A DNA stretch of 63,646 nt, the filler included, from Octopus bimaculoides (lineage: Eukaryota): the NCBI RefSeq assembly GCF_001194135.2. It is 5 parts of 5 records of this genome, joined end to end, with 100 filler letters (N's around TTAATTAATTAA, not from the genome) between each part and the next. Parts side by side here need not be neighbours in the genome. Positions count along the whole stretch, not along the records: positions 22,674 to 44,002 come from NC_068983.1; 4 more parts are not named here. One strand, 5' to 3'. This document shows positions 25,879 through 37,609 of the stretch, in pieces. Both the position numbers and the translations under genes were made by a program. Each line of letters begins with the position of its first letter. The first letter of the stretch is position 1. Below the pieces are notes generated by a model. The model did not search any database and was not told the origin of the DNA. It worked only from the letters and a program-made list of their open reading frames with translations.

Positions 25879-25943
25879 TCGTTCTGACGAGCCATGGACG
25901 TTTTTAAGTAAGTAAAAGAGTTGATAGCGAAACCGGTATACGA
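25879..25943 (+). ncRNA. Type-I hammerhead ribozyme motif
   Basis: tcgtt-CTGACGA(25884-90)-gccat...atagc-GAAA(25929-32)-CCG-GTA(25936-38)-tacga; the consensus of both arms gives fully paired stem I (tcgta/tacga) and stem II (gccat/atggc). Confidence 0.75.
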
Positions 25944-26098
25944 TTAATTCTGTATTTTGTATATTTTCATTTATCTTGCCCGCTTATGTTCTGGTGTTTG
26001 CTGATTTTTTTCTAGAGTACATTATTTTCTTTGGTTAGATCGTGGGTGATCTCTTTCTAGCATATCGGATGTCCACTTAGTGGTCATCCCTTCTTATA

Positions 26099-26134
<36 letters not shown>

Positions 26135-26175
26135 NNNNNNNNNNNNNNNNNNNNNNNNNNNNNNNNNNNNNNNNN

Positions 26176-26233
<58 letters not shown>

Positions 26234-26359
26234 AACAGATAGACAGACAGACAGACAGATAGACAGATAGATTGGTATAGATATACATGCGTACATGCAT
26301 ACATACATACATGCATACATACATACATGCATACATACATACATACATAGATGTATACA

Positions 26360-26516
26360 CCACCGTAACTGTGTGGTAGGAAGTTTGCCTCCCAGCCACA
26401 TGGTCCCGTGTTCGCTCCCACTGCGTGCTACCTTGGACAAGTATCTTCTCGGGCCGACCAAAGCCTGGTGAGTGAACTTGGTGGACGAAAACTGAAAGAA
26501 GCCCGTCGTAGATGGC

Positions 26517-26552
<36 letters not shown>

Positions 26553-26740
26553 TTGTCCCCCACTTCTGATTGATCACTGGTGTTGGTATATCTACGTCCT
26601 CGGAACCTAGTAGTTCGGCAAAAGATACCGATAGAATAAGTACGAAGTTTTAAAAGAAAATAAATACTGGGGTCGATAAGTTCAACTAAAATTCTTCAAG
26701 ACGATGCCCCAGCATAGCCGCAGTCAAAATAAAAAGAAGA
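26360..26740 (+). mobile_element. SINE family A, near full length
   Basis: Homology to 2105-2660 including the central (GT)n and the ccagcatagccgcagtcaaa tail. Confidence 0.85.
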
Positions 26741-27509
26741 TACACACATACTCTCTCTTTCGCGCTCTCTCTCTCTCACTCAGTCTTTCATTTTCCTGTA
26801 TTTCACTCACAGTTCATCACTCATTCTCTCTTCCTCTTCCTCTTTCCTTCCACCCGTCCTCTCCACTACTCCTTTTCTCTCTCTCCATCTTTTATTTCCA
26901 TATCATTCCTATCCTCTCTGCACACCTCTACGCTTCAATTTTTGTTGTCTTTTAATCCCTTATCCTCGTTTTCTTCGTCACTCTATTGTCCTACCCCACC
27001 TCATTCCTTCCCTTCTCTCTAAAACTCTTTCTACCTCTCTTCCTCGGTTGCTGCTCTTCACAGCACATTCTATTTTCTTCTTGTTTATTTTCACTCACTC
27101 CTTCACATTATCTTTTTATCCCTCTTTTTTTCCTTCTACTTGACCCTCCACCCTGCCGCCATTCTCTTTCCCCTTTAAAACCCACTACCTCCCAACTTTT
27201 CTCTCTATCCTTCAATCACATTAACCAGGTCACTACTTAATTCCATCCCACTACTTCGCCGCCGTCCCCAGGAGACCAGCGGAATGGATTCGTAGGTCAG
27301 ATGGAGGATTACGGAGATGAGGCTAGCAAGGGCCGTTGGCAACCAAAAATCTGGGCCCCAAAGGCTGGCGCTAATTATATTTAGGCAAAACGAGATAACA
27401 TCCTTTAGCGTAAGATACTCAGGGCCCACGAAATCAATCAGCAGAAATCGTCCATCTCCAACCTCCAACTCAAACAACTGAAGCGCACATGTAAACATTC
27501 AGGCATACA

Positions 27510-27726
27510 TATGATTATAGACGCACACGCGCGCACACACACACACGCACATACACACATACACACACACACATGCACACACACACACACATGCACACAC
27601 ACACATGTACACGAGTACACAAACATTTATATATGTATATATAAATATATCTATATGCGCGAATAGTGTATATACATGCGTGTGGATTGATGGATGGTTA
27701 TAATGTATGTATGTATGTGTATACAC

Positions 27727-27798
<72 letters not shown>

Positions 27799-27895
27799 GT
27801 GAAGATGTATATATACATATATATGTGTGTGTGTGTATGTATGTATATAAATATATGTAGATGTATATATATATGTANNNNNNNNNNNNNNNNNN

Positions 27896-27966
<71 letters not shown>

Positions 27967-27994
27967 TATATATATGTATATATAAATACATATC

Positions 27995-28026
<32 letters not shown>

Positions 28027-28080
28027 CATACATAGATATATATACTCACACGTACAGACACACGTGTATTCACGCAGCCA
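27510..28080. repeat. Compound (CA)n/(TA)n microsatellite field
   Basis: Direct. Confidence 0.9.
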
Positions 28081-28727
28081 CACACCACCATTAACGTCCC
28101 GCTAATAATTCCGATTATAAAGATTCACTTTCGTTTCCAGATTGCCTTATCCACTATGCTGATTCTATTTATTTTAGTTTATTTGTTTGTTCATTTATTT
28201 ACTCATTTGTTCATGTATTTATGATTGTTGTTACTGTTTCTATTGCTCCTTCTTCGTGATTGTGTGTAAACAGAGAAAAGAAAACAAGAAAATGATGTGA
28301 AACAACAGCTCCACATTTTCTGATAGTATCTCATCACGGAAACGAGACTTGGGAGAAACTACACTCTCTTAACCAGTGCTGCCCTTCAGCCATATTCGGC
28401 CTTATCGCTGAAGTTGCTTGCTGCTCTGTCTCTGTGTCCGACGGGTTACGAGCCAGTCATCGCCGTGGATCGTTGAACACACCACGTGGTGAACATCAAT
28501 CAGATGATCGAAGCAGAGAAACGACTTTTGCTTTCCCTCACAAACGCCAACGCCAACACCACCGCTACAGTCCATTCCACCCCATTCCATCTTGTGTTCT
28601 TTCTCTAACCGTCTCGAAGCCACATGTTAAGGTCTCAACAGACTGCAAAAATTACCAAGAAAAGAAGAAAGTCATATACAAAACAACTACAAAAGCAGTA
28701 ACAACAACAACCACAACGACAACGACG

Positions 28728-28785
<58 letters not shown>

Positions 28786-28786
<1 letters not shown>

Positions 28787-28996
28787 CTTTTCGATTATAG
28801 GCACAAGGCCTGCATTTTGGTGGAGGGAATATTCGATTTCATTGACCCAGTGTGAAACTGGTACTTATTTCATCGACCTCCAAAAAGATGACAGGGAAAG
28901 TCGACCTCGGCGGAATCTGAGCTCAGAACGTAGCGATAGGCGAAATACCGCTAAGCATTTTGATCAGCGCGCTAACGATTCTGCCAGCTCACCGCC

Positions 28997-28997
<1 letters not shown>
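28786..28997 (-). mobile_element. SINE family B embedded in (AAT)n
   Basis: Reverse complement begins aaggcggtgagctggcagaatcgttagcgcgc; (AAT)n on both sides. Confidence 0.9.
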
Positions 28998-29043
<46 letters not shown>

Positions 29044-29099
29044 TGCTACTAGAGGAATGAGACAAAGACAAACAAAATGTTGGCGTTTGCATATTACCA

Positions 29100-29700
29100 A
29101 ATGATACAATACACGAAATGTAAGTATACGCGGTACATAATATTATAGAAAACGATGACAATGATGACATAATGCTTCTGATAAAGGAGGGCTTCGCGTG
29201 CTATTCGAGGAATTCCACCATCCGAGATCTCTCTGAACAACAGAAGCAAGCGCTCCTTCTCCAGTTGTAGTCCTCCAACTTATAAACTTTCATAACAAGA
29301 ACGAACCCATAGACTCTTGCCACTTTTGTCATTCTCACCCATCTTTTTCAACAAATTTCACAAGAGAACAGCACTCCTTACTTTCAAGAGAAACTTGAGA
29401 AAGGCGATGAAGGCTTGCTCATAAAGGAAAGTCTCTGTCCTCTTTCAACTTGGTCTAACCCACAATCGCTTTCACGGTAATCACCAGAGAAAGGAAAACC
29501 ATTTCTCTACCCGGTTAGAGGAAGGCGATAGGACAATCATTACGACGGACTCGGTTGATTGGTGGCCCGTCCCACACACGACAGTGCTCTTTCGAAATAA
29601 GTCCTTAAGTCATCAATGCTCGGACAGAACGAATGGTCTTTGCCAATAGGCACTTGGAACATGGCCATACCATCGAAGAGACTCCAATATAAGACAAAGG
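29100..29700 (-). mobile_element. L1/Tx1-type LINE 3' remnant
   Basis: Frameshifted minus translation: C....KTIRSV (zinc-knuckle region), ESVVMIVLSPSSNRVE, VFLSLV, RWVRMTKVARV; resembles Tx1/L1 ORF2 C-termini from memory. Confidence 0.5.
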
Positions 29701-30261
29701 TAATTTAACAGAGAGGCTTCTAACCTATAGTTTCTAGTTTATACTCAAAACCTGCAAAGATAAAATTTTGTACATTTAAAATATTTAACGAAATGTAGGA
29801 TATCCATGACAAACACAACAGTCACTGCAAACAGAAACAACCGAGAAAATATCAAATGTTAATTTTATTAAATTTTCAGCAAATCACATCATGAAAGAGC
29901 TATGTTGGCAATCTAAAAGTAAACAGTTTTATATTCATTTTTCAGTTCTTTCATGAAATATCAAAATTTCTACACTGGAATTATGATATGGTTCAGACTG
30001 CAGTGGTGAGACGAAAATGTTGACACCTTACAAAATAAATTATAAGTGAATAGTTTTGTATGCTTTTATACGGCTAAAATGGCTCTTCCATGATATAACT
30101 ACGGTCTAGAATCAAGTCCCTTGTCAAACAAGTACCGATCTGCAGATTATAAATTTAGCAAAATGCGTAGCGATAGTAAAAGATAGGAAAATACTCCTTC
30201 GTAACATTATGCGACATGGCTATTAAGACTTTAAACTTTATTAAGTGTAAGGAATTTGAGC

Positions 30262-30561
30262 AGGCGTCGCTGTGTGGTTAGAAGTTTACTTCTCAACACA
30301 CATGGTTCCAGCTCCAGTCTCACTATACATATAGTGTAAAGGCGCGTAGTCTAGTGGTTAGACTGTCACACTCACGATCGGTAGTTCACCCAGATTGGGC
30401 GGCGTGTTGTGCTCTTGAACAAAACACTTCATTTCACGTTGCTCCAGTCCTCTTTTGGGGAAGAGGGGAATGTTAGCCTACTCACCTAGCCAGGGGGGTG
30501 GGGTCATTCGAAGGCTCAAACGATGCAAAGCACATTGTGACCAGCGATGTGTAACAACATC
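30262..30561 (+). mobile_element. SINE A head (30262-30325) followed by tRNA-derived SINE family D (30341-30561)
   Basis: ggcgcgtagtctagtggttagactgtcacactcacgatc...gtgctcttgaacaaaacacttcatttcacgttgctcc...gaccagcgatgtgtaacaacatc. Confidence 0.75.
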
Positions 30562-30569
30562 AGACTCAC

Positions 30570-30619
30570 CTGTTTTGGAAGGCCTGTGAAGGCCCTGGGC
30601 AGTGTTTCTCCCTTTAAAT
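30570..30619 (-). CDS. Candidate internal coding exon (50 nt; (D)LKGETLPRAFTGLPKQ if entered in phase 1)
   Basis: Long T-rich tract ending ...tttttacttgctAG, donor CAG|GTGAGT; unique sequence; phase-compatible with the exon at 57251-57326. A second frame (FKGRNTAQGLHRPSKT) is also open. Confidence 0.5.
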
Positions 30620-31094
30620 CTAGCAAGTAAAAATAAATAAGGTAAATAAAATAAAACATCTCAAGATTTAATTAATATCCATTTTGTTACTTTGTGAGGA
30701 CGTTTACGCATCATTCGACCTAAAATTACTCTTTGTCTTCCTAAAACACACACACGTATGCACACACACAAACACAGACACACATACACACAAACACACA
30801 CATACACAAACACACACACACATACACACACGCATTGGTCGATGAAATAATTGCTATACAAAAAGACGGAATGGTCATAACTGGAATGTCTTTTTATCAG
30901 GGTTGATCTGAGGCTAAGCGACAACAACAAACCGACGAAAGATAAGGTCTACTTTGCGCAGAATTGGCACTTAGAACGTCAAGGGACGTAAATAATTACT
31001 CCAAGGTTTCTATTCTACTTCAACTCCCACCCGGTTAAATCCCAAATAATAATGACTTGTAAATTGGACAGAAGGTTACAAATTACGGCTAAAG

Positions 31095-31158
31095 GGAAAA
31101 GAAGAAGAAGAAGAAGAAGAAGAAGAAGAAGAAGAAGAAGAAGAAGAAGAAGAAGAAA
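31095..31158. repeat. (GAA)n microsatellite
   Basis: Direct. Confidence 0.95.
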
Positions 31159-31499
31159 CACTTTATAATCTACAGTGACGGCAATAGATGCGTCGTGATA
31201 GTAAAACACGATAGATACGGATGGGGAAGAACATGGAGAGAAAGACGAGGGAAGGGATTCTAACCCGAGGGAGAGAGTGTAGTTGCGGGGAGAGGAAGAG
31301 AACGGGAGAGAAAGATAGACAAAGTGAGAGGGAGAGAGAGAAGAGAGAGGGGTGAGAAAGACGCAGTATTCAAGAAGCTTCCATTGATATCCTCCATTCG
31401 TATTTGTTCCGATTCCATGACATGTCTTGAAGTGATTAAACATGTGTGTTATTAGGATTGATGTGTTGTGGTGATTGACCACTAGCCAGTGGGACAGAA

Positions 31500-31500
31500 T

Positions 31501-31535
<35 letters not shown>

Positions 31536-31694
31536 GGGGATATAAAAAGAGAGAAAGAGAGAAAGAGAGTGAGAGAGAGAGAAAGTGGAGAAATGGAAGG
31601 GGTGGAGAGGATGGAGAATAAAGGAAATGTTGAAACGGAGAAATAGATGGGGAAAGAAGAAGATTGTGTATTTGTTTGCATGTGTGCGTGTAGC

Positions 31695-31760
<66 letters not shown>

Positions 31761-31985
31761 NNNNNNNNNNNNNNNNNNNNNNNNNNNNNNNNNNNNNNNN
31801 NNNNNNNNNNNNNNNNNNNNNNNNNNNNNNNNNNNNNNNNNNNNNNNNNNNNNNNNNNNNNNNNNNNNNNNNNNNNNNNNNNNNNNNNNNNNNNNNNNNN
31901 NNNNNNNNNNNNNNNNNNNNNNNNNNNNNNNNNNNNNNNNNNNNNNNNNNNNNAAGATTGAAAGACAGAAATGACCAGCAAACAC

Positions 31986-32065
<80 letters not shown>

Positions 32066-32636
32066 GTGAAAACTGAGAGATGTAGAGAGTTAGAGATAGA
32101 AAGAGAAGAAGATGGTGAAGACAGAGAGTGCGAGAGAGAAATATATGGAGAGATGTACAAATTAAAAGAGAGAGAAAGAGAGAGAAACTGGATGAGAACG
32201 AGAGAGTGAGAGAAAAACAAAGAGAGTGGGAAAGCGAAATAGTGACAAAGACACGTATAGTGTTAGTATGTGAGTGCGCGCGCGCGTGTTCGCGTGCATG
32301 GTAGGTGTGTGTGTGAGAGAGAGAGGGGGGAGGAGAGTAGAAAACAGATAGAAGGAGTGTTTGCAACTGAAAGGAATGTAAAGCTGCGAAGAAAGAGAAG
32401 GAGTAGGAAAGATAGTGCAGGCGTAAGAGGAGAGAGAGAGAATTAGAAATGGGAAAAGCACAGAAATAGTTATGAAAGACAATAAACAAATAAATATGAG
32501 AAGCAGAGAGAAAAATGTTAAAAAATAAACAGAATCCATGCAGTCTGAAAAGAGAGAGAGAAAAAGACGGGAAGAAAGAAAAACAGAAAAGAGAAAAGAA
32601 TCTCAAAGAAATAAAAAGAAAAGGGGCTATTTAGAT

Positions 32637-32704
<68 letters not shown>

Positions 32705-32860
32705 AGAGAAAGAGACAGAGAGACAGACAGACAAAGGAGGGCGGGAGAAAGAAGAAATAGGTATGAAAGTCTAAGGAGGAGAGTGGAAGGAATGCGGAAT
32801 AGAAGAGAGTTAAATAAGAGGAAGGAGAGAAGGAAAAAGAGAAGTGCAAATTAAGATCAT
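31500..32860. repeat. GA-rich low-complexity region with (GT)n, (GACA)n, (GATA)n and (GA)n tracts
   Basis: Direct; source of the spurious 374/401-aa ORFs. Confidence 0.9.
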
Positions 32861-34089
32861 TAAATGACCAAAGCTATAAAACAAATAAAAAAAAAGAATA
32901 AGAAAAAAAATGCCAAGCGAGATAGAATGGAAACGGAAAAGCGTGGAAGGGACAGTAGAGAGTGACGTCATACAAAATGGTGGTGGGTGGTCGAGAAATA
33001 GATACATGTTAATCCACTGAAATATCAAACAGATAACAGGATGATGCAAAACAATGATAAACAGTAGCAACATAAACAAGAGAAAAAAACAGCACCAACA
33101 AGAAAATAACAATAATAACGGCGACATCAATAATGACAACAGCATCTATAACGACCACAACATTAGCAACAACAACAGTAACAAATAAAAAACACCTTAA
33201 GCAAAAATATGACTAAAACAATGTAAGCAGCAATCAGAAGTCATGCATGGATTGCTGACAATCATATGATTATTTATTAGGGAATTACTTATGCGCATTT
33301 TGCACTCCACCATTCCATTCTGTAATATATATCTATCCATCCTTCTATCCAATTCTTATTTATCATCGACCTTCTCTTTCACTTACACCCCAAACTCCAC
33401 CTCCGCTTAACTGACTAGCACGTGGATGGTAATTGTGTGTGTGGAATATAAATGACATTTTATATACACGTTAACATTCAAATGTACATTGTTGTTTTTT
33501 ATAGTTTATTTTTATGTATACATCTGGACATAACTTAAAACATTTACTACTTATCTTTCAATCTAATCAACCATTACTTTTCCATTGCCATCAATGTTTT
33601 CTCCATAACTTTTATTTTCAGTTTCTGTTCTCCAGTTTTTATCCTTGTTGTTGTTCCGTTTCTTTTACTCCCCGCTCGGAATCTTATATGTTTAACTTTG
33701 TGCTCATCTGTTGTCATTCATCCTCTAGTCGTGCGCAGCTCAATTCCATTTCATTAATTTTATAGATTTAACAACACCATTTAGTTTTGTTCCATTTCAG
33801 ATTCAAGTTGATGAGAATCGTTGTTACTTTTTGAGGGTATGGTTCTTCAATTTATATATCAGTAATTTCATCTACCAACTCGTTGAAGGTTGTTTTGATT
33901 AATTTTTTTCATGCTCATTCTTAGTGACGCCGTCTAGCTTTATTTTTTCAGTTGTTTTAAACATGATTTCAAGCTCAATCTCCTCATACAAGCACCATGT
34001 CGTCTGAGAATCAATGGTGTGACGCCAATTTACATTTCTTAATTTACTACAGTTTACGAAGACTACTTTAATGCAAGCTGTGAATAGTT

Positions 34090-34290
34090 CTTTTATCTTT
34101 TACGTGTTTCAGTCATTGAAAAATCTTTAATCGAATGAATCGCCCCACCCCAATATTTTTTTAAAGCCTGATACTTATTCTTTCAATCATTTTGGTCGAA
34201 CCGCGCAAACTTACGGGGACGTAAACACACCAACACCGGTTGTCAAGCTGTAGTGGGGGACAAACATATACACATACACACGCGCGTGCA
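34090..34290 (-). mobile_element. SINE family A 3' half
   Basis: aacttacggggacgtaaacacaccaacaccggttgtcaag is the reverse of the tail at 2485-2530. Confidence 0.8.
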
Positions 34291-34404
34291 TATATATATA
34301 TATATATATATGATGATAATGCAATAAGGAAAAGTGGATTCTCGGAGAAGATTCAGTATAGCCAAGCTAATTCTATCAATAATAGACCACGTAAAACTAG
34401 AACT

Positions 34405-36000
34405 AGGAAATTTTGTGGTTTAATCCTGCACTTAATATTGCCGTAAAAAGAAATATAGGTAGGGAATTTTTAAAATCAGTTTCTAAACATTTTCAATCTA
34501 GCCATAAGTTCTATAGAATTTTTAATAGAACATTGAAAGTTAGCTATTCTTGTTGCAAAAACTTCGCCTCTTTTATTAATCAGTATAACACAAAAATTAT
34601 TACAAACAACCACAGTGCCGAATCTAATCTGAGAAACTGCAACTTCAAAGATAATACTTGCTGTCCGTTGGAAGGTAAATGTCTTGAAAAAGGAATTGTT
34701 TATAGAGCCAAAGTGCAAGTAGATGGCTCGCATGAATATAAAACTTACACAGGGGCTTCGGAAAATTCATTCAAGACTCGATTCTATTCCCCACGAAATT
34801 CTTTCAAATACCCCGAGAATAGGACAGCAACTAATCTTGCAAAGCATGTCTGGGAATTCAAAGAGAATGACACCCGTCCTTTCAATGTAACCTGGGAAAT
34901 TCTAGAAAAAGCATCAGCATACAGACATGGAGCTTATAAAATACCAATGAAATGTAATCTTTGCCTCTCAGAAAAGTTCTTCATCCTGTCAGGGATAAAC
35001 ATGCTTTGAACCAGAAACGCGAGCTATTAAATTCTTGCAGGCACGCCGCGAGGTTTAAAATGTGAACCGATAAAATACTGTATGGGTAAAATGTTTTGAC
35101 TTTTGGAAAATTTTGACTGTCGCATTTGAATTTGATTTTATACCTCATAGTTATTTTGTATTTGTCTTCACTTTTAACACAGCCTTCGACTGTGTTTACT
35201 AATTTAAGTTTAAGTTTCACTGAGGTTTATTTTTATTGTTTACTCTAACATTTAACTATATTACATTAATCTATTGTGAAATTTATTGTGCAATTTCCTT
35301 ATTTTAACATTTTAATATTTTCCTCTTCGTCTCTCTAATTTTCTGTTTCTTTTTCTTTTATTTCTTTTTCTTCTTTTCCCCTTTTCTTTCTCCTCCGCCA
35401 CCGCTTGTTATTCACTGATTTATTTTCCCTTTCTTCCCTTCGCCTGTAACAATTAAGTAGTATAAGCGTGCGCGTGCGTATGTGTGCGTGCATACATATA
35501 TATGCATTTGTATATATTTATGTTTTGCCTATATATGTCTGTATATGTATGTAGCCATGTACCTATGTATGTATGTTTAGTGTATATACGCATACTATAG
35601 ATTGTTTGGTATGTGTATGCATTGCTTACTGTATATGTATTATAGCGTGAACATTTTTTAAACGGATATATCTTTTAATTTATCAATTTATTATTATTTT
35701 TACAGTTAATTATTTACCCTGAGTATTCAGGCCTTTTTCCTTCTTCATAAGCTTTTTTTTTTTTATTTTAAGGTTTTCTACGATTTTAAACCGCAATTTG
35801 TTATTTCATGCAACCGGTTTATGTTTTCGACCGTGAGTTAAAAGGACCAATGAAACAAAACCATTTTCAAATGTGTATCTATCAAAGTAATTGTATTTCT
35901 GCCTATAACTTTATCTTGCTCCATTCTAAACAAAGCTGTCTGTCTGACGAATGGGAACATGAAACTCTGAATAACAGCTTTTGTGATATTTTTGCTGCTT
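34405..36000 (+). mobile_element. Penelope-like element 3' fragment: well-preserved GIY-YIG ORF end (34413-35060) plus pLTR tail
   Basis: WFNPALNIAVKRNIGREFL...LKVSYSC...CPLEGKCLEKGIVYRAKV...YTGASENSFKTRFY...ATNLAKHVWEFKE...WEILEKA...CNLCLSEKFFIL; frameshifted end LNQKRELLNSCRHAARFKM*. Confidence 0.92.
35940..35977 (+). ncRNA. Minimal type-I hammerhead motif (stem III damaged)
   Basis: ctgt-CTGACGA(35944-50)-atg-ggaa-cat-GAAA(35961-64)-ctctga-ATA-acag; 4-bp stem I, 3-bp stem II, near-palindrome ACTC.GA(A)T. Confidence 0.55.
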
Positions 36001-36039
36001 TTTATTAACGTATACATACATACATGCATGCATACATAC

Positions 36040-36661
36040 ATGTTCCAAGTTACACCGACTTTTACAATACACCTAGATTGTAGGGTATTTCTAAAGTTTT
36101 CAAATGTTTTTTTTCAGATTGGGTGGTATTGAGCCCAATGCTTCGATGACAATAAGGATAACCTTTATGTTTGACTCTCGTACCTACTACATTTTAGTGA
36201 TCTAGTTCCAGGTCTCCATGCTTATCAACCCTTTCTCTTTCTTTCATGATGATATGTTGATCTCCTGGCACTTCCACGTCAGTTATTAGGCACTCTTGTT
36301 TGTCCCTCCTAAAGGTTACTATATCCGGCCTTCGGTGCTCTTAATACATTGTCTGTCTGGAAGTCAAAGTCCCAGAGGATTTTTTTCCTCCCCTTTTTCA
36401 TCTATTACCTTTTCCAGTGTATGTTTGTACCAAGCACCCGTAATCTCATGTCCATAGTTACGGCATAGTAGCCAGTGAAAGTTTTGGGCTACCTTGTCAT
36501 GTCTACACTTGTACTCTTTCTGCGCAAGACTTTCACAAGCACAAACAATGTGAGTCACGCTTTTGACCCTCTTCCTATACATCTTGCAGAGGTCCGTTGC
36601 ACTTGTGAGGTATATATTCTTTTTCACTGAGTTGGTATTCAATGTCTGGTCCTGGGCAACG

Positions 36662-36662
<1 letters not shown>
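36040..36662 (-). mobile_element. R4/Dong-clade (restriction-like endonuclease) LINE fragment
   Basis: VAQDQTLNTN..., CKMYRKRVKSVTHIVCACESLAQKEYKCRHDKVAQNFHWLLC (CCHC region), KILWDFDFQTD, RPDIV, DVEVPGD, IVIEALGSIP, KSV*LGT. Confidence 0.9.
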
Positions 36663-36740
<78 letters not shown>

Positions 36741-37076
36741 GGCGAGGTCGCAGAATTATTAGCACGTCGGGCAAAATGCTTAGCGGTATTTCTTCTGTCT
36801 GCACGTTGCGGGTTCAAATTCCACCGTCGTCGACTTTGCCGTTCATCCTTTCGGAGGTGGATAAATTAATTACCATTTTAACACTGGGATCGATGAAATC
36901 GACTCATCTCCTCCCACCAAATTTCTGCCCTTGTGGAAAATTTGAAACTATTATTGTTATTATTATTATTGAGTGAGAGAGCAGTGCATGCCATCAAAGT
37001 GACACTGGGGTAAAATATACAAAGCTCAATATACCCATCATGACTACCCGTCTGATAAGGGTACATCAGGCACATG

Positions 37077-37134
<58 letters not shown>

Positions 37135-37555
37135 GTTATTATTATTATTATTATTATTAGGTGGCGAGCTGGCAGAGTCGTTAGCACCTCAAGCAAAATG
37201 CTTTACAGCATTTCGCCCGTCTTTACGTTCTCGCTTCAAATTCCGCTGAGGTCAAATTTGCCTTTCATCCTTTCGGAGTCGATAAAGTACGTACCAGTTG
37301 AACAGTGGAGTTCGATGTAATCAACTCAGCCAAAATTGCTGGCCTTGTACCAAAATTTGAAACCAATTAAGGCGGCGAACTGGCAGAATCGTTAGCACGC
37401 CGGGCGAAATGTTAAGCGGTATTTCGTCTGCCGCTGAGTTCAAATTCCGCCAAGGTCGACTTTGCCTTTCATCCTTTCGGGGTCGATAAATTAAGTACCA
37501 GTTGCGTACTGGCCCCCTCCCCCAAATTTCAGGCCTTGTATCTATAGCATACAGG

Positions 37556-37609
<54 letters not shown>
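36662..37609 (+). mobile_element. Three family B SINEs (36741-36950, 37159-37365, 37369-37555) and an (AAT)n-tailed minus-strand retroelement end (36968-37080), nested in (ATT)n
   Basis: Direct homology among SINE copies; four (ATT)n tracts separate the pieces. Confidence 0.85.

Larger units (their letters stand above)
25441..26102. repeat. Foldback element 2: ~326-bp inverted arms (about 92% identical by manual count), 8-nt loop, a hammerhead in each arm; probable inverted Penelope pLTR pair
   Basis: 25441-25768 versus 25777-26102, loop agctgaga; about 25 substitutions and one 2-nt indel counted by eye. Confidence 0.95.

Noticed and set aside
28402-29000. 188-aa plus and 73-aa minus ORFs
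   Set aside because: Length comes from (ACA)n/(AAT)n tracts and a SINE; no splice signals or recognisable domain.
31015-32606. 374-401 aa ORFs, and all ORFs containing X, RERE, YIYI or THTH runs
   Set aside because: Produced by microsatellites and N gaps lacking stop codons.
33500-34050. Possible RT remnant (minus-strand FSDDMVLV)
   Set aside because: Only one motif-like word; flanking frames too degenerate to assign.
36662-37609. Repeat-spacer appearance resembling a CRISPR array
   Set aside because: Units are ~200-bp SINEs separated by trinucleotide microsatellite; no constant short repeat or cas gene; eukaryotic context.
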